The notes: generated by a model not told the origin, from the sequence alone. A stretch of 64,000 bases of DNA from Octopus sinensis (GCF_006345805.1 NC_043013.1:26908001-26972000); one strand, 5' to 3'; counted from the stretch's first letter, positions 10,417-24,226 are shown. Made by a program: numbers and translations.

Positions 10417-10785
10417 ACATGTTGTACACCTATTACACTATTTAAATATTTTTTTTGCTTGGGTCAAACACTAGAGTTTAAAGGTCATGGTCTGACGTTG
10501 CAAATTTTCCGAGTCCTCTCCCCCACACCTGCGTTCGCGAGCACACATTTTTTTTTCATATTCGTTTACATGTTGTACAGCTATTACACTATTTTTTTTT
10601 TTTTTTGCTTGGATCAAACACTAAAGTTTAAAGGTCATGGTCTGACGATGTGAATTTTCCGAGTCCTCTCCTTCACCCCTCCGTTTGCGAGCGCACATTT
10701 TTTTTCGTTTACTACATGTGGTTGTACACCTATAATACTATTTTTTCCTCTTTTTTTTTGCTCGGGTCAAACCCTTTAGTTTGAC
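10417..10785. repeat. Tandem repeat, ~150-bp unit, about 2.4 copies
   Basis: acatgttgtaca...ttacactattt...gggtcaaacacta.agtttaaaggtcatggtctgacg units start at 10417, 10568 and ~10714. Confidence 0.85.
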
Positions 10786-11460
10786 CGGAATGTGTGGGGT
10801 AACGATGAAGGGAGAGGGTGGAAGGAAAGTGGGTAGGAGTGAAGAGAGGAAGTAGGTATCAGAGCAAGAGAGGAGAGGAGAGGTGGGTGGGAGTAAAGTG
10901 AGGAAATAGGTGTGAGAGGAAGAGAGGAGGGGGTTAGATGAAAAGGGGAGGAGAGTTGAGACCATGTGATGCAAAGGAGCGAAGAAAGAAGATTAATTCT
11001 TGTTGACGGCGAAGACGGAAGTCCAGATGGCCCCTGTGCAAGGACAATCCGAACACAGACAGGTGTTGTAAAGAATGACTGGTAGAGCAGAAATGGCGCG
11101 AGACCATACACATATACATAAGTATATACGTGCGTGCGTGCGTACGTACGGACAGACGGATGTTAATAGAGCCATGAATCCCTGGAAATGATGGGCATAA
11201 AAATATCACCAAGGGCCTTTTAATTGATACAACACCCAGACCCTTAAGAGTCCCAACTGAACAGCCTTTGATGACAGGCTAAACAACAAAGCGTTTTTTC
11301 TTGAAACTTCATCTCACGAATTGTGTGGTTAAAAATCCCGCTTTGCATCAACGTGACTCCAACTTCGATTTCACTACTCAGCACTTTGGATAAGCAACTG
11401 CCACCAAAGCCTTTGTATTGGCCAATAATTCATAAATGCAGAAGTAAACTTTACGACTCG

Positions 11461-11462
<2 letters not shown>

Positions 11463-11518
<56 letters not shown>
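11463..11518. repeat. (TA)n microsatellite
   Basis: Direct reading. Confidence 0.95.
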
Positions 11519-11522
<4 letters not shown>

Positions 11523-12449
11523 AACACTCATATACACAAATCTGAAAGGTAGAGTCGGTCCTGGTAGGGATTGAACTCAGATCCAAAAGAAGAGAGCTAA
11601 AATACTCTGAGATATCTAATTCAGCATCCTATAAGTTTCCCTATTTTCATTTTATAAACCTGTTTGTAACGATACTAATAATTTCAAAAACAACAACAGC
11701 AGCAACAACAACAACAACAACAACAGAAACCGCAGGTAACCTTTAGTTTATGAACTTATGGCCAAGGGATGACATAAAAAATGGTAGTTGGGTTGGAATG
11801 CAAGCGGAATAAATACCAGAAAATGATCTTGGAGTATCATTTGACATTTCTCTTTCGTTTCTTTTCTTTTCTTTTTTCATATACCAATTTATAAATTTAT
11901 AAGACTTACTGAGCAAAGATAGATGCAAGACAAGGTGGTGGTAGTGGAGGTGTCCTTTCATTCAAAGACTTAGGTGAGGGTGAAGTTAGCGTGTACTTTT
12001 ATTAAAAGCAGTTGTTTATACTTTTTAATGTGTATGTTAAAAATACACCACATGCATGTAAACACACGTGTGAGTATGCGTATGGATACATGTGTCTGTG
12101 CATGCATGTATATGTACACACAGACACACACACACACATAATCATTATATAAATCAGAAACAAATTATATGTATCTGAATATATAATTATGTATATTGCA
12201 CACACACAGAGAGAATTAACCGCTGATAACCCTAGGTAGCTTAAAATATTTTCCACGTGATCTCTTACTGTTTAAAAGACATTTTACTACATTATAAAGT
12301 AAAAACAAAAATCATAATTGCATATTTAATGACAAGCGTGAGTGTGTGTGTGTGTGCGCGCGCGTGTAAGTTTGTGTGTGTATGCGTGAGCATGTGAGCG
12401 TGTTCGTTCGTTGAAAATTGAATGGGAAAGATATATAGGGGTTGCGGTA

Positions 12450-14430
12450 ATAAAATGATAATAAAAGAAATAAAGGAAAGAGAGGGACAGACTTAGAGTT
12501 GAGGGGGGGTGAGTGTAATAAGGAGAGTAGCGGAGTGAGTGGGAAAAGTATCTAATGGTTAGTCAAGGAGTAAGAGAGAGAGAGAGAGAAAAAGAGAAGA
12601 AAGGAAGACAGAGACACAGTAAAAAACGACAGGAAGGCGTGAGATGGCCTGATAGAAGAGGGGGAAGAGATGGTAAAAGAAAAGGAAAAGTAAAAAATAC
12701 AAGCGAGGATGACAGGAAGAAGTGAGACAGTTTAAGAGCGAGAGATAGAGCAGGGAAAAAGAGAACTGGAGACGAGTGGGAGTGGAAGGCAAGCAGAGAG
12801 TAATGGGGAGAGTAACGGTGAGAGGAGAAATGGACTGACGAAATTAGAGAATGAGTGACAAGAAACAAAACAAGAATGAGGAGAGTATGATAGAAAGGAA
12901 AAGCCCGAAGGAAGGAGGAAATAAGACGCTAAGGCCTATCGGAATGGGAAAAGAGAGGGAAAACCCAAAAATGGGAAGAGAGAGTAAAAGATCAATGAGG
13001 GAAACGATGAAAGGAAGAAAAGAGGTGTGGAAAGAGACAGTGGCGGAAAGAGGAAATAAGACAAAAGAGGGAGGAGGAAATAAGAACAGAAGAAGAGGAA
13101 GTGGGAGAAAGTAAAGGGAGTGGGGGAGGGTCAAATATGTTTTATGGGGGAAGTTCAAATTAGAAGGGGAGAAAAAAAGACTAATAAATGAAACGAAGTG
13201 GATGCGCAAGTGAGAAAGGAGTGGGAAGAGGTTTATAGGGGAAACAAATTTGACAGGGAAAATAAAATAAAAATAAGTGTGAGGAGTAGGAGAAGAAAAG
13301 AGAATGGAAGGAAATATGGGGGGATAAAATACGATAAACGATGAGATAAAATAGAGATGCAAGAGAATGAGTTGAAGAGAGAGGAGAAGAGAAGTAGGCG
13401 TGGAAGAGATAGAGGGGAATGAAAAGTAAAAACAAAAGAATTAGATAAAAGTGAGAGAGGAGAAGAAAACTGGAAATGACAGAGGAAGGGGAGGAGAAAA
13501 TAAACTAAAATGATAAAAGTGGGAGAGAGAGAGAGAGACTGAGAGAAATGACAATGGAGTGGATGAGGTTTAAATTAAGAGAGAAGGGGCGAGCAATGAC
13601 AATAAGAGAAATGTGAGAGAGAAAGAAGACTTTAAAAGATCGGGGTGGGGTAGAAAAAAGAAAAGGAGAAAGGAAGGAAATGAAAGAGAGTGAAAAGAAA
13701 AACTGAAATGTTGGAGAGAAAAAGAGAGAGAATGAGAAAGGACAGAAGGAAGAGGAAAAGCCTTAAGAAATGAGGAAATTAAATAATACAAGGAAATGGA
13801 GACATGGGGGCGAAAAGAAAAGAGAAAGAGTAATAGAAGAGTGAGAAAAGGAGAAAGATAAAGTAAGTGGAGAGATAGAGAGAGGAAGAGAGATGTGAGA
13901 GGGAGAAGATTTGAGTGAGGGAGATGAGCGAGAGTAAAGGGAAGAGGAAATATTAGAAAAACAATGACAACCAAAGGAAATTAAAATATAAGAGACAGAG
14001 GTAGAAAGAAGAGAGAAGAAAATAACGAAAATGGAGAGAAAGAGACTTTGTGGAGAAGAAACAGAGAGAGAGAGAGAGAGAGCGAATGAGGAGTGACAAA
14101 GAGATGAGAGAAGGAAAATATAATGGCAATAAAGGGAAAATTAGAAAGAGTAATACAAGTGCAGGCAAGAGAAGCAATAGAAGTGAGAGAAAGGGGGTAT
14201 TAAATAAGAAAAGTATAGTCATTAAGAGAGGAGGAAGGAAGAGGAGAATCCTAAAGAGAGTGAAGAGCAAAAGCAAAGAAGGGAGGAGGAAACAGAACGG
14301 GAATAATGAAAGTAATAGAAAACAGATAGGGAGAAATAGATAAATAAAAATAGATGGAAAAAGTCACAAAGGGAAAGAGAGAGGAGGATAATACTACGAA
14401 ATATAGGAAGAGGAAGATAAAAATAATAGA
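12450..14430 (+). repeat. ~2 kb purine-rich (A/G) low-complexity tract
   Basis: Plus strand dominated by A and G; yields only low-complexity ORFs. Confidence 0.85.
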
Positions 14431-14539
14431 ATAGAGAAATTCACAGAAAAGCTGGTGGTGGGTTGGGAATAAGTAAAAAGAAATGCAGATCGAAGAGAAA
14501 ATCAAAATAAGAGAAAAAGAGCATCGAAATACCATCCAA

Positions 14540-15150
<611 letters not shown>

Positions 15151-15489
15151 TTAGATCGGTACATACTTTTTCTTTCTTTTTTTTTTTTTTGATAACCAAC
15201 TGTATTATGTCATAAAATATTTCGTTCTTTCCTAGTTCAAAACCATTTTTATTACTTTTGTTGTTTCTCCGTTTCTTTCTTCTGATATAACACACATCAG
15301 CCTCTGCTAAATTCTTTCTTCTACTTCTCCTATAAGAAGAAAACTGTCAAAAATATTCTGTCCAAAAATCCATCCTCTGGACTTCGTGCACTCTGAAGAA
15401 CAAAGGGAAAACGAATGGGTCGAGGAACGAAAGTAAAAGACAGAAAAAAGTTGAATCCCAACGGAATATTAAGTGGCAACTAATTTTTA

Positions 15490-16630
15490 GTTTTGCTTCT
15501 TTTCCCTTTTTCCCCCTTCCTCTTTCTATTTCCTTTTCCTCGTTTCTTTTCAGCCCTTTTCTTGTTCTTCTTTTATCTCTTTTTCTATTTTCTTTGCTCT
15601 TCCTTTTCTCCTTTTCCATCTCTTTCGCCTTTATTTTCTTCTTTCTTCTTACATACATTTCCAAAAGTAGCCTTTAAGTTTTAACTTCTTTTTTGAATCA
15701 AATTTTTATTTTGTTTTTTGGATTTTTTTCTTTTTTCTATACAACTTCTCCCCTATAAAATAACAGGAAGCAACAAGTCGGCAAAACAAGGCAAGACTAT
15801 GACAACCCTTGTCTAGGTGTTACATTTCTCTATACTATTTTATTCTCATTTTACGTTTTTTTCTTTCGATTTTTCTCCCTCCCGCGCACAACCCCTTAAA
15901 CACTCACCAGTCTCTCTCTCTCTCTCTCTCTCTTTCTCTCGCTCTCTCTCGATCTCGCTCTCTCTTCCACATCCAATTATGTGTCTCTTTTATTCTGTAC
16001 TTCCTTCCTTTTCCTCCCTATCTTCCTCTAACGTTTTCCTGCATTTAATCATTTCCATAATCTATCCTCACCCCTTCTCTCTCTATCTTTCTCGCTATCT
16101 CTCTCTCTCTCTCTATCTCTCTTTGTCGCTATCTCGCTCAGTCACCCTCTCAATAAATATCTTTATTGCGCCCATACTCTCTCTGTCTCTCGCACTATTT
16201 GTCTCTCTTCTTCTCCGTCTCTCACTGTTTTCTTCTTCAGTTATATATGTCACTCTCTCTCCTTTTGCTCTCTTTACCATTATCATCATCATCATCATCA
16301 CCTCTCTCTCTTTCTTTCTATGCCTTTCTTTCTTACATACACAAACAGTCGACACTCTGCTCAGGATTCATCCACTTTGACTTCCTTTTTTCCACAATCT
16401 CTTTCTCAATCATCCCTCTCCTACCCTCTCTTTCTTTCTCACTCATCTCTCTCCTACTTCCCCTTCTCTCTCTCTCTTTTTCTCTTGTACGCCTCTTTCT
16501 TTCTTTCTCTTCTTATTCTCTTGGATCTTCCTTCCAGTTCATCTCCATACCTCTCTATCCGCTTATCTATCTCTTATTGTCTTCTCTCACTTTCACTCTT
16601 CCCTCTATCTCTCTCTCTCTATCTCTCTCA
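15490..16630 (+). repeat. Pyrimidine-rich (C/T) low-complexity tract
   Basis: Plus strand dominated by C and T. Confidence 0.85.
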
Positions 16631-16687
16631 ATAACTTTTTTTATCCCTCATCTCTTCCTGACACGCTTACATACAAGCAAGCACCCG

Positions 16688-16721
<34 letters not shown>

Positions 16722-17419
16722 ATATATATATACATTTACACTCACATATGTACGTGCATACTCCCACTTTAACGCTTCTCTTTTTTTTTTTTGTACTTTT
16801 CTTTCATCCTTCGCTCCTTCCCCTCCAGCCTTCTCTCTTTGCTGCCATCAACACCACCACCACCACCTACTACTACTACTACCACTACCACCACCACTAC
16901 ACCGATACCCCCTCCTCCCATGTCACCACTCCCACACTACTGCAATCTTCAGAGTCACAGGGTACAACATTCAAAAACAAACATAAGCCATCGCTGCCAG
17001 TCAATATGAAAGAAAATGGTGTAATTTTGCGATTGGAAGACTTCTTTTATATATATATATAATACGTACAATGCATACATATACAATACATAAATATATG
17101 CAATACGTACATACACAAATGTGTTTGTTATTTTTCTTTTTATTTCGTTTCATTGATGTGTAAGGGCGAGGGTGTTGAATTCGGAAGATCTGTTTTTTAA
17201 CATTTGCACTTGTATTTTTTTTATCTTTTTATTGATTCGACACGAAAAGTTTACGGTTTTTGCGTTTTGTTTTATTTTCTTTTTCTTTTGTTTTTTTTTT
17301 CTTTTGTATGTGATTCATTGAATGTACCACTGAATGTAACGCCGTATATTACTGGTATTTTGTTGTCAGAAGAAGTGAAAGGTTGAACTTGGTCGCAGCA
17401 CTCCGTCGAGGTCTTTGTG

Positions 17420-17599
17420 TTTCACGTTTCGTCTGTCGTTACGTTCTGAGTTCAAATTCCGCCGAGGTCGACTTTGCCTTTCATCCTTTCGGGGTCGATA
17501 AAGTACCAGTTTCCCACTGGGGTCGATGTAATCGACTTAATCCCTTTGTTCTTGTTTGTCCCCTCTATGTTTAGCCCCTTGTGGGCAGTAAAGAAATAC
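17420..17599 (+). mobile_element. tRNA-derived SINE, family B
   Basis: ttctgagttcaaattccgccgaggtcgactttgcctttcatcctttcggggtcgataaa core; tail ccccttgtgggcagtaaagaaata. Confidence 0.85.
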
Positions 17600-17646
17600 A
17601 TTACTGTTCGATATCGATGAAATACTTGTCAAGAACTAAGATTCCA

Positions 17647-17965
17647 GGTGCGGCTGTGTGTTAAGCAGTTTGTTTCTGAAATCACATGGCTCCGGGTTCA
17701 GTCCCATTGCTCGGTACCTTGGGCAGGTGTCTTCTACCAATGAGTGGATTTGCTAGACGGAAACTGAAAGAAGCCTATCATATGTATATATTTATATGTG
17801 TGTATGTATGTGTTTGTCATCCACTATTGCTTGACAACTAGTGCTGGTTTGTTTACGCCTCATAACGTAGCGGTTTAACTAATAGGACCGATTGAATAAG
17901 TAACAAGCTTTAAAAAAAAAAGTCCTAGAGTCGATTCGTTTGACTTAAAACCGTTCAAGGCGATG
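17647..17965 (+). mobile_element. tRNA-derived CORE-type SINE, family A
   Basis: A-box/B-box head (ggctgtgtg...gggttcagtccca) then accttgggca CORE-like motif; resembles Octopus OR-type SINEs (assignment unverified). Confidence 0.8.
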
Positions 17966-18128
17966 CACTAAGAAAAAAAAAAACTCGGATTTTTTGCGTG
18001 GAATCAAGTACCCTGACCTCCTAATATGCTGGAAATCCCAATTCCGAACCAAAATATGGGATTCCCAGCATATTAGGAGGTCAGGGTACTTGATTCCACG
18101 CAAAAAATCCGAGTTTTTTTTCTTAGTG
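17966..18128. mobile_element. Palindromic MITE with CACTA-like termini
   Basis: ~72-bp arms with one substitution and an A-run length difference; termini cactaag / cttagtg; no TSD seen. Confidence 0.75.
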
Positions 18129-19948
18129 AAAATCGTGCGGGTGTTAATCTGTAATTTTACCGACTATTTCTCCTCTCACTAAAATTGCTGGCCTTGTGCC
18201 AAAACTTGGATTCATTGTTATGGAATAGCGAAAACAGAATTGTTAGAGCGTTGGAATAAGTCTTTTGCGATATTTCTTCCGACTCTGCGTTCAGAGTTCA
18301 AATACCACATTTTATCCTTACGGGTTAGATAAAATAAAGTATCATTCAAGTACTGGAGATTGATGTAATCGGGTAACCGCAACCTCACTTGCTGGTTCTT
18401 GTACCAAAATTTGAAGCACTTATTATTTCTTGCTTTAATGTGGTCAGCTAGCAGAGTCATTAAAACCGTTTGGAAAACGTGTTGCGGTATTTGATTCCAC
18501 GCTTTACATTCTAGTTTGAAATCACGCCGAGATCAGCTTCACCTTTCGTCTCTCTCTGGAATTGATTAAATAAAGTATTTATTGTCAAATACTGGAGTCT
18601 GTTAAATTGAATAACCCCTTTCCCCCAAAGTCTGGCCTTGTGCCAGTGTTAGAAACTATTATTTCTTAAAATGGCACAAGTCCTCAAAATATTAATGAGA
18701 CTCATCGTGACTTGAATCGGAAAAAAATACATGGCATGACTGGTACCTAATTTATTGACCCACAAAAGATGGAAGGCAAAGTTGACATCTAGCCCTTAAT
18801 TCGTTGTATTTTAGTTTCATTTCGTGACATTCTGAGTCGAAATCTTCCAAATTTCGAGTAAAGTAAATACCCGTTAAACGATATTCCTTCAAGGTTTTAA
18901 GCAGTGTGTGCAAAAATCTTATGTTGTGTAATTTCCCCGTCTTACAAAGATATATACACATTGAATGTATAATCATTAATTTCTATATTGTTTCAGTCGT
19001 CTAACGTGTGTGTGTGAACACTTTAATTTATGCTCGCATTTTCAGTTGAACGTTAGTTACAAAACGTGATGGTTGCACAGCTTTGATGCTCTTCTTCATT
19101 TACTGGAGATTAAATAAAAAATATTACTGGCTCACTTCATATGGAGAGTTAAATAATACTTGTGTACTTGACATGAGAATTTTTTTTTTAACTGAAACTT
19201 ATGCTTTATAGTTTTGGCGGGCTAAGATCTAGGATCTCAAAATCTAGGAAACCACCGGCCAAGATGTAAATGTGGTTCTAGTTGTGAGGGCGGAGGATTG
19301 AAAAAGGTCTCAGTAAATGGAATAATCTAGGATAAGGGTCCCCCACCACCGGGTCACACAGAAAGAATAAAACTTAAAATTTAATTTCTTTATTGATCAT
19401 TACAATCTGCAGAGTGTTTTCGCATTTATATGTAATAATTAGATTATATATACTATGCACTTTATTAATAAATGATAATGAACTTATTGTATACACTCAG
19501 GTGCATTGCTTTGCTCTGCGCATGATTACCTCGTCAGTGGGAAAATTGTCTTGCATGAAACTGGCTCGCCGTGCATAAAGGTTGCACCTTGGTTACAAAA
19601 AGAGGTTGCTAGCCTAGAGCCACTTTTCATCTAAACCCGGCACTTGTGTATAACGAAATTATGAATAATAATACATAATTTCAAGATTCTTGGACATAAA
19701 TGAGGATTTTCTAAAGCCTTAAATTGTATTCATAAAAACTGACGGTGGATGTTGGAAACATAATGGTTTCGAGAGAACAGTGCAGTCAGGTATTAGAAAC
19801 AATCTAATTGATTATTTCTTCTCCTCTGTTGGAAATCATTATTTATACTGTTATTTTGGCCATCCCCGTTTTGTTTCAATAATTGTTTCTACATGCACCC
19901 CTTTGGGGTTTTGTCTTTCGTAATTTGCTTTGTGACCAATAAAGAAAT

Positions 19949-20105
19949 AATTGCGGCGTGGAAAATACATAGCCATCCAAAACACACAAAGACCAGGTCA
20001 AAACTGGTGCGACAAAAGTTTTGACACCAAATAATAAATTTTTAAGTGGAATTAACAGTCTTCCGTGTGTTTTTGAGTGGCTAATATTGTCTTCCGCGCT
20101 GCAGT
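19949..20105 (+). mobile_element. Decayed relative of the 4958-5162 PLE-like element, also with inverted 5' duplication
   Basis: caggtc..gcgacaaaagttttgaca..aagtg..acagtc..gtgtgttt..tggct..cttccgcgctgca aligns to the reverse complement of 4965-5085; 19951-19993 is an imperfect inverted copy of its own tail. Confidence 0.55.
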
Positions 20106-20629
20106 CGTTTTAGTTACAACGTACTGTCTCAGATCAATTACTTACCTGGCAAATACACCCGCGAAAGAGATTATTTTAGGAAGATTTTGTGTTCGAATCT
20201 CACCAAGATTAACTTTAGCGATTCTTCGTTCCTAGAGCTCAACGAAAGTATAAGTATTTATCTTGAACAAAATGTTTTCCTTCAAAATATAAATATTGTG
20301 CTGTAGAGTGTTGACTAGATCTTATACAGGCAGCATCCAGTGTAACGATGTAATTATTGAAATTGGATCCAGCAAATATTTTTGATTGCATCCTAACTAA
20401 CGTGAGCAAAGCATGACTATTAATTACCCAAGTGTATATCTAATCTCAATTGAAGAGAACGATTAACAGCAAATACACGCAACATAATTATTTGTCAGCA
20501 AAATTATGACTTTCTTCGTTGCATTTGACTTCTAGTTGCATTCTAGTTGTGATGAGACTATGAAGTTCACTGAAGACTCTGTGCCTCCTTATCTAGAAAT
20601 CCTATGATAGTTGTAAACGAGTATCATCC

Positions 20630-20830
20630 TCATATAAGCAGTGTCATTCATTTCCAATTTACCATGGAAATATGTCCTTTTATGGGGAAAATACTATCTT
20701 GGTTCAAAACAAGTGAGGGTTGGTGACAAGAAAGGCATTAGGTCACAGAAAATCTGCCTCGACTAATTCCATCTGGCTCATGGAAAAGTGGATATTAAAA
20801 CGATGAGGAGGAGAAAGAGGATGATGATGA
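20630..20830 (+). mobile_element. Family C repeat with (GAT)n tail
   Basis: gtgagggttggtgacaagaaaggcat...catggaaaagtggatattaaaacgatga. Confidence 0.7.
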
Positions 20831-20944
20831 TGATTGGTCACACCTGTATCACTTCTGATCATGGGTCTGCTCAATCAGAGATGATTAAGAGCTAAGTAGC
20901 AACAACAATAGCTTAAAAGTAGATGTAACAGCATATTGCCACAG

Positions 20945-21260
20945 TGAAGGTGCATGGCTTAGTGGTAAGGGTATTTAGCTCTCAGTTGTAAGGCCCTGAG
21001 TTCAATTCCTGGCAGTGCATTGTACCCTTGAACAAGACACTTTATTTCACATTACTCCAGTCCACTCAGCTGGCAAAAATGAGTAGTACCTATATTTCAA
21101 AGGGCCAGCCTTGTGGCATTCTGTGTCACACTGAATCTCCCTGGGAACTACATTGAGGGTACACATGTCTGTAGAGTGCTCAACCACTTTCACATTAATT
21201 TCATCATCTGACTGTTTGGTTGATTGGATCAACTGGAACACTCATCGTCATAACCCACAA
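20945..21260 (+). mobile_element. tRNA-derived SINE, family D
   Basis: A-box gcatggcttagtggtaag, B-box gagttcaattcc, then ttgaacaagacactttatttcac body. Confidence 0.75.
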
Positions 21261-21529
21261 CTATGTTGATAAATATTCCCCCACCTGATATGATAAAAGA
21301 CATTCCTCCATTTACACCACCCATCACTCCTGAGATAATGCCATGTCCTACCTATGAATCTCCTCTATTTGATTGTTGCTTTGAGATCTGATCACCAAAC
21401 ACCTGTTATTTTGTCATTTCTACTTCTTTACTTTCATAACTAATTAACTCAGCTGTCATATTTTGGATACATATTAGACTATAATTTATTCTGTCCAGGC
21501 TTTTTCACTGTAAGTCAGTAAGCACTCTG

Positions 21530-21750
21530 CATGTGACAAACTGGCAGAATTGTTAGCATGCCAGACAAAATTCCCAGCAGCATTTCATCCAGTGCTTAAC
21601 ATCCTGTGTTCAAATCTTGCTGAAGTTGTCTTTTCGTTTTATCCTTTTGGGGTTGATAAAATAAATACCAGTTGAGCACTGGGGTCGATGTAATCAAGTT
21701 AACTCCCCTCCCCTAAAATTGCTGGCCTTGTGCCCAATTTTGTAAACATT
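21530..21750 (+). mobile_element. SINE family B
   Basis: ctggcagaattgttagc head to aaaattgctggccttgtgcc tail. Confidence 0.75.
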
Positions 21751-21758
21751 ATAAGGCA

Positions 21759-21925
21759 GGCGCAGGAGTGGCTGTGTGTGGTAAGTAGCTTGCTTACCAA
21801 CCACATGGTTCCGGGTTCAGTCCCACTGCATGGCACCTTAGGCAAGTGTCTTCAACTATAGCCTCGGGTCGACCAAAGCCTTGTGAGTGGATTTAGTAGA
21901 TGGAAACTGAAAGAAGCCCGTCGTG
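21759..21925 (+). mobile_element. CORE-type SINE family A, 5' half
   Basis: ggcgcaggagtggctgtg...ggttccgggttcagtcccactgcatggcaccttaggcaagtgtctt. Confidence 0.85.
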
Positions 21926-21960
21926 TTTATATATATATTGAATGTCAAGTCAGCCAAGCC

Positions 21961-22818
21961 AAATTACCACTGTTCAAACAGCTGCACCCAGTTATCTCAT
22001 TCTGGTAAAATACTTACACAGGATTATAATGGACAACCTTTCTAAAATTTCAAATATGAGTGAGATATTGTGACCAAAAAAGTTCACTGTGCTGAAGAAC
22101 ACGCATGCGTGACTAATGCAGTGAAGCTGAGAAGTCAGTGCAGCCTAACCTAATGACACTCTAAAACAGTAATGCAGCATTGTCACCATCATGATTCCAT
22201 ATTCCATACTGAATGAAAATCAATACTGAGATTTTTTTCCCCCAGGAGGGTGAGAAAGGATAATGTAGGAGCATAAAAATGAAGGTAAGACAAGACCCAG
22301 ACTTCTAAATTGTTATAACTGGAAGATGTAAATAGACTTGAAAGAAATTCTGGTATTTCGAAGCGATAGTGCCATAATGCAATACCATAATTTCCACAAC
22401 AAGAATCATCTTAATCCTCCAGACTGTATTTGAAGAATTTGAGACTGGTTGCCCCTGGTAACTGCTATTTGTGGAATCTGTGGTAGAACTGGAGAAGAAA
22501 TTTCAGATGTGGAAATTGCCACCGTCCAAACATCTGTGCCCAATTGTCTCATTCTGGTAGAATATTTAGACAGAATTATGATGGACAACTTTTTCAGAAT
22601 TTCAAAGATGGGTGAGATTTAATATCCATATTCCGTACTGAATGAATATCAATACTGAGATTTTTTTCCCCCAGGAGGGTGAGAGAGGACAATGTTGGAG
22701 CATAAAAATGAAGGTAAGTGAGATATTTGAGACTGGTTGTCCCTGGTAACTGCTATTTGCAAATGAGCTTGATTGTGGAATCTGTGATAGAACTAGAGAA
22801 GAAATTTCAGATGTGGAA
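21961..22818. repeat. Local tandem duplication of non-repeat-looking sequence (blocks A-x-B-y-C then A-B-C)
   Basis: 21961-22073 ~ 22513-22622; 22198-22289 ~ 22626-22718; 22437-22515 ~ 22726-22818. Confidence 0.85.
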
Positions 22819-23664
22819 GCAAGGTATGATCTAGTTTCACTAAAATATGAAGTGACATATATGAAAAAAAACACCAGGTCTAAATTACAAAGGATTTGAG
22901 GACGAAATGGCAAATGTATAGTGCTTCCTATAGAGGTGTGATGTCATGGATTTGTAACTAGATCCACAACATCCAGTCTGGCATTAAATTTAGGAAGAAG
23001 AATGAAAGTGGTGAGTTATGAAGTTGAGAGAGAATCAGAAAATGCTTTATCATGGATATAAGAGAGATATTTGAGAGAAAGAAAAACAAGTCATCAGCAA
23101 GAAGTAAAATGAAATCATTGCTGCATGGCTGGAATGGTTACAGCTGTTCCTGGATTGGTGCAGTAGCTGCAAGGATGGAACAGAAGGGGGAAAATTGTGC
23201 TACATGAGTGTAGTTCCTCCAAAACCCAGTCATTCCGTGGGAGTATTGATGCTTGTCCACAGCTGTTTAAGGAAGTGATGGTATGAGAAGATGTCAAGAT
23301 TGTTGAGATGTCTAATCAATATATGATGAAGAGAATATCCTGCAATGCATGTAAAATATATTCGTGGTACTCAGAAGTATATATATTTGTGTGTGTGTGT
23401 GTGTATAAATATGTGTGCACAGGTGTGTATTTATGTATAGATGTAAGGATATATTTAGAAACATATTAGTATGCATATATACACAGATACAGATGTATGT
23501 ATAAAAAACGTATGTCTGAGTGTGCACATGCAGATGAGTGTTTGCAAGTGTGTGTGTGTATGTTATAAATACACGTTTCAATATATATCTGTATAAGTGT
23601 TGAGCTTTACAAGGGAATATAGGAAATAGACTTCCATGGTGCTCTTTTTTCTGTTTTAGTTATG

Positions 23665-23735
23665 ATATACATACATATATATATATATATACACACATGT
23701 GTACATACTCACACACATATACATACATACATACA

Positions 23736-23771
<36 letters not shown>

Positions 23772-23831
23772 TATATAATATATATATATATACATATACA
23801 TACATACATACATACATATATATATAATATA

Positions 23832-23878
<47 letters not shown>

Positions 23879-23885
23879 CATACAT
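23665..23885. repeat. Compound (TA)/(TACA)n microsatellite
   Basis: Direct reading. Confidence 0.9.
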
Positions 23886-24226
23886 GTTTTAAAGTTGTGT
23901 ACGTGTCTTTTAATTGCTTAATTAAGAACATTTGATCCTGAACAGATTTTTAATTAATCATTAGCTATTACAGTTTTAAGAAGAGAAAGACTAAACCAGT
24001 TATATTTGAACTGTGTGTAAATCGAATACTTTGTGTTTTTTGGTTGTTGTTTTTCTATATATTTTCTTTTTGTTTTTTCTCTCTATTGAAGATATAATTA
24101 GAATATTAAAATGACTCACTCGATGAATAACATGCCGAAAATACAAAAACAAATAGGCAGATACAAGTAATAAGAATAATAATAGTAATAATAATGATGA
24201 TGATGATATTAAAAATGACGATAATG

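Noticed and set aside
10417-10785. Repeat array as CRISPR
   Set aside because: Units are ~150 bp and diverged with no unique spacers; eukaryotic context, no cas genes
20139-20151. tacttacctggca, matching the U1 snRNA 5' end
   Set aside because: Only 13 nt match and no downstream U1 stems; it is equally a consensus splice donor on the minus strand, with no supporting exon
21759-21830. tRNA-like sequence with A and B boxes
   Set aside because: No complete cloverleaf or acceptor stem; it continues into a SINE body, as do all similar heads in the window
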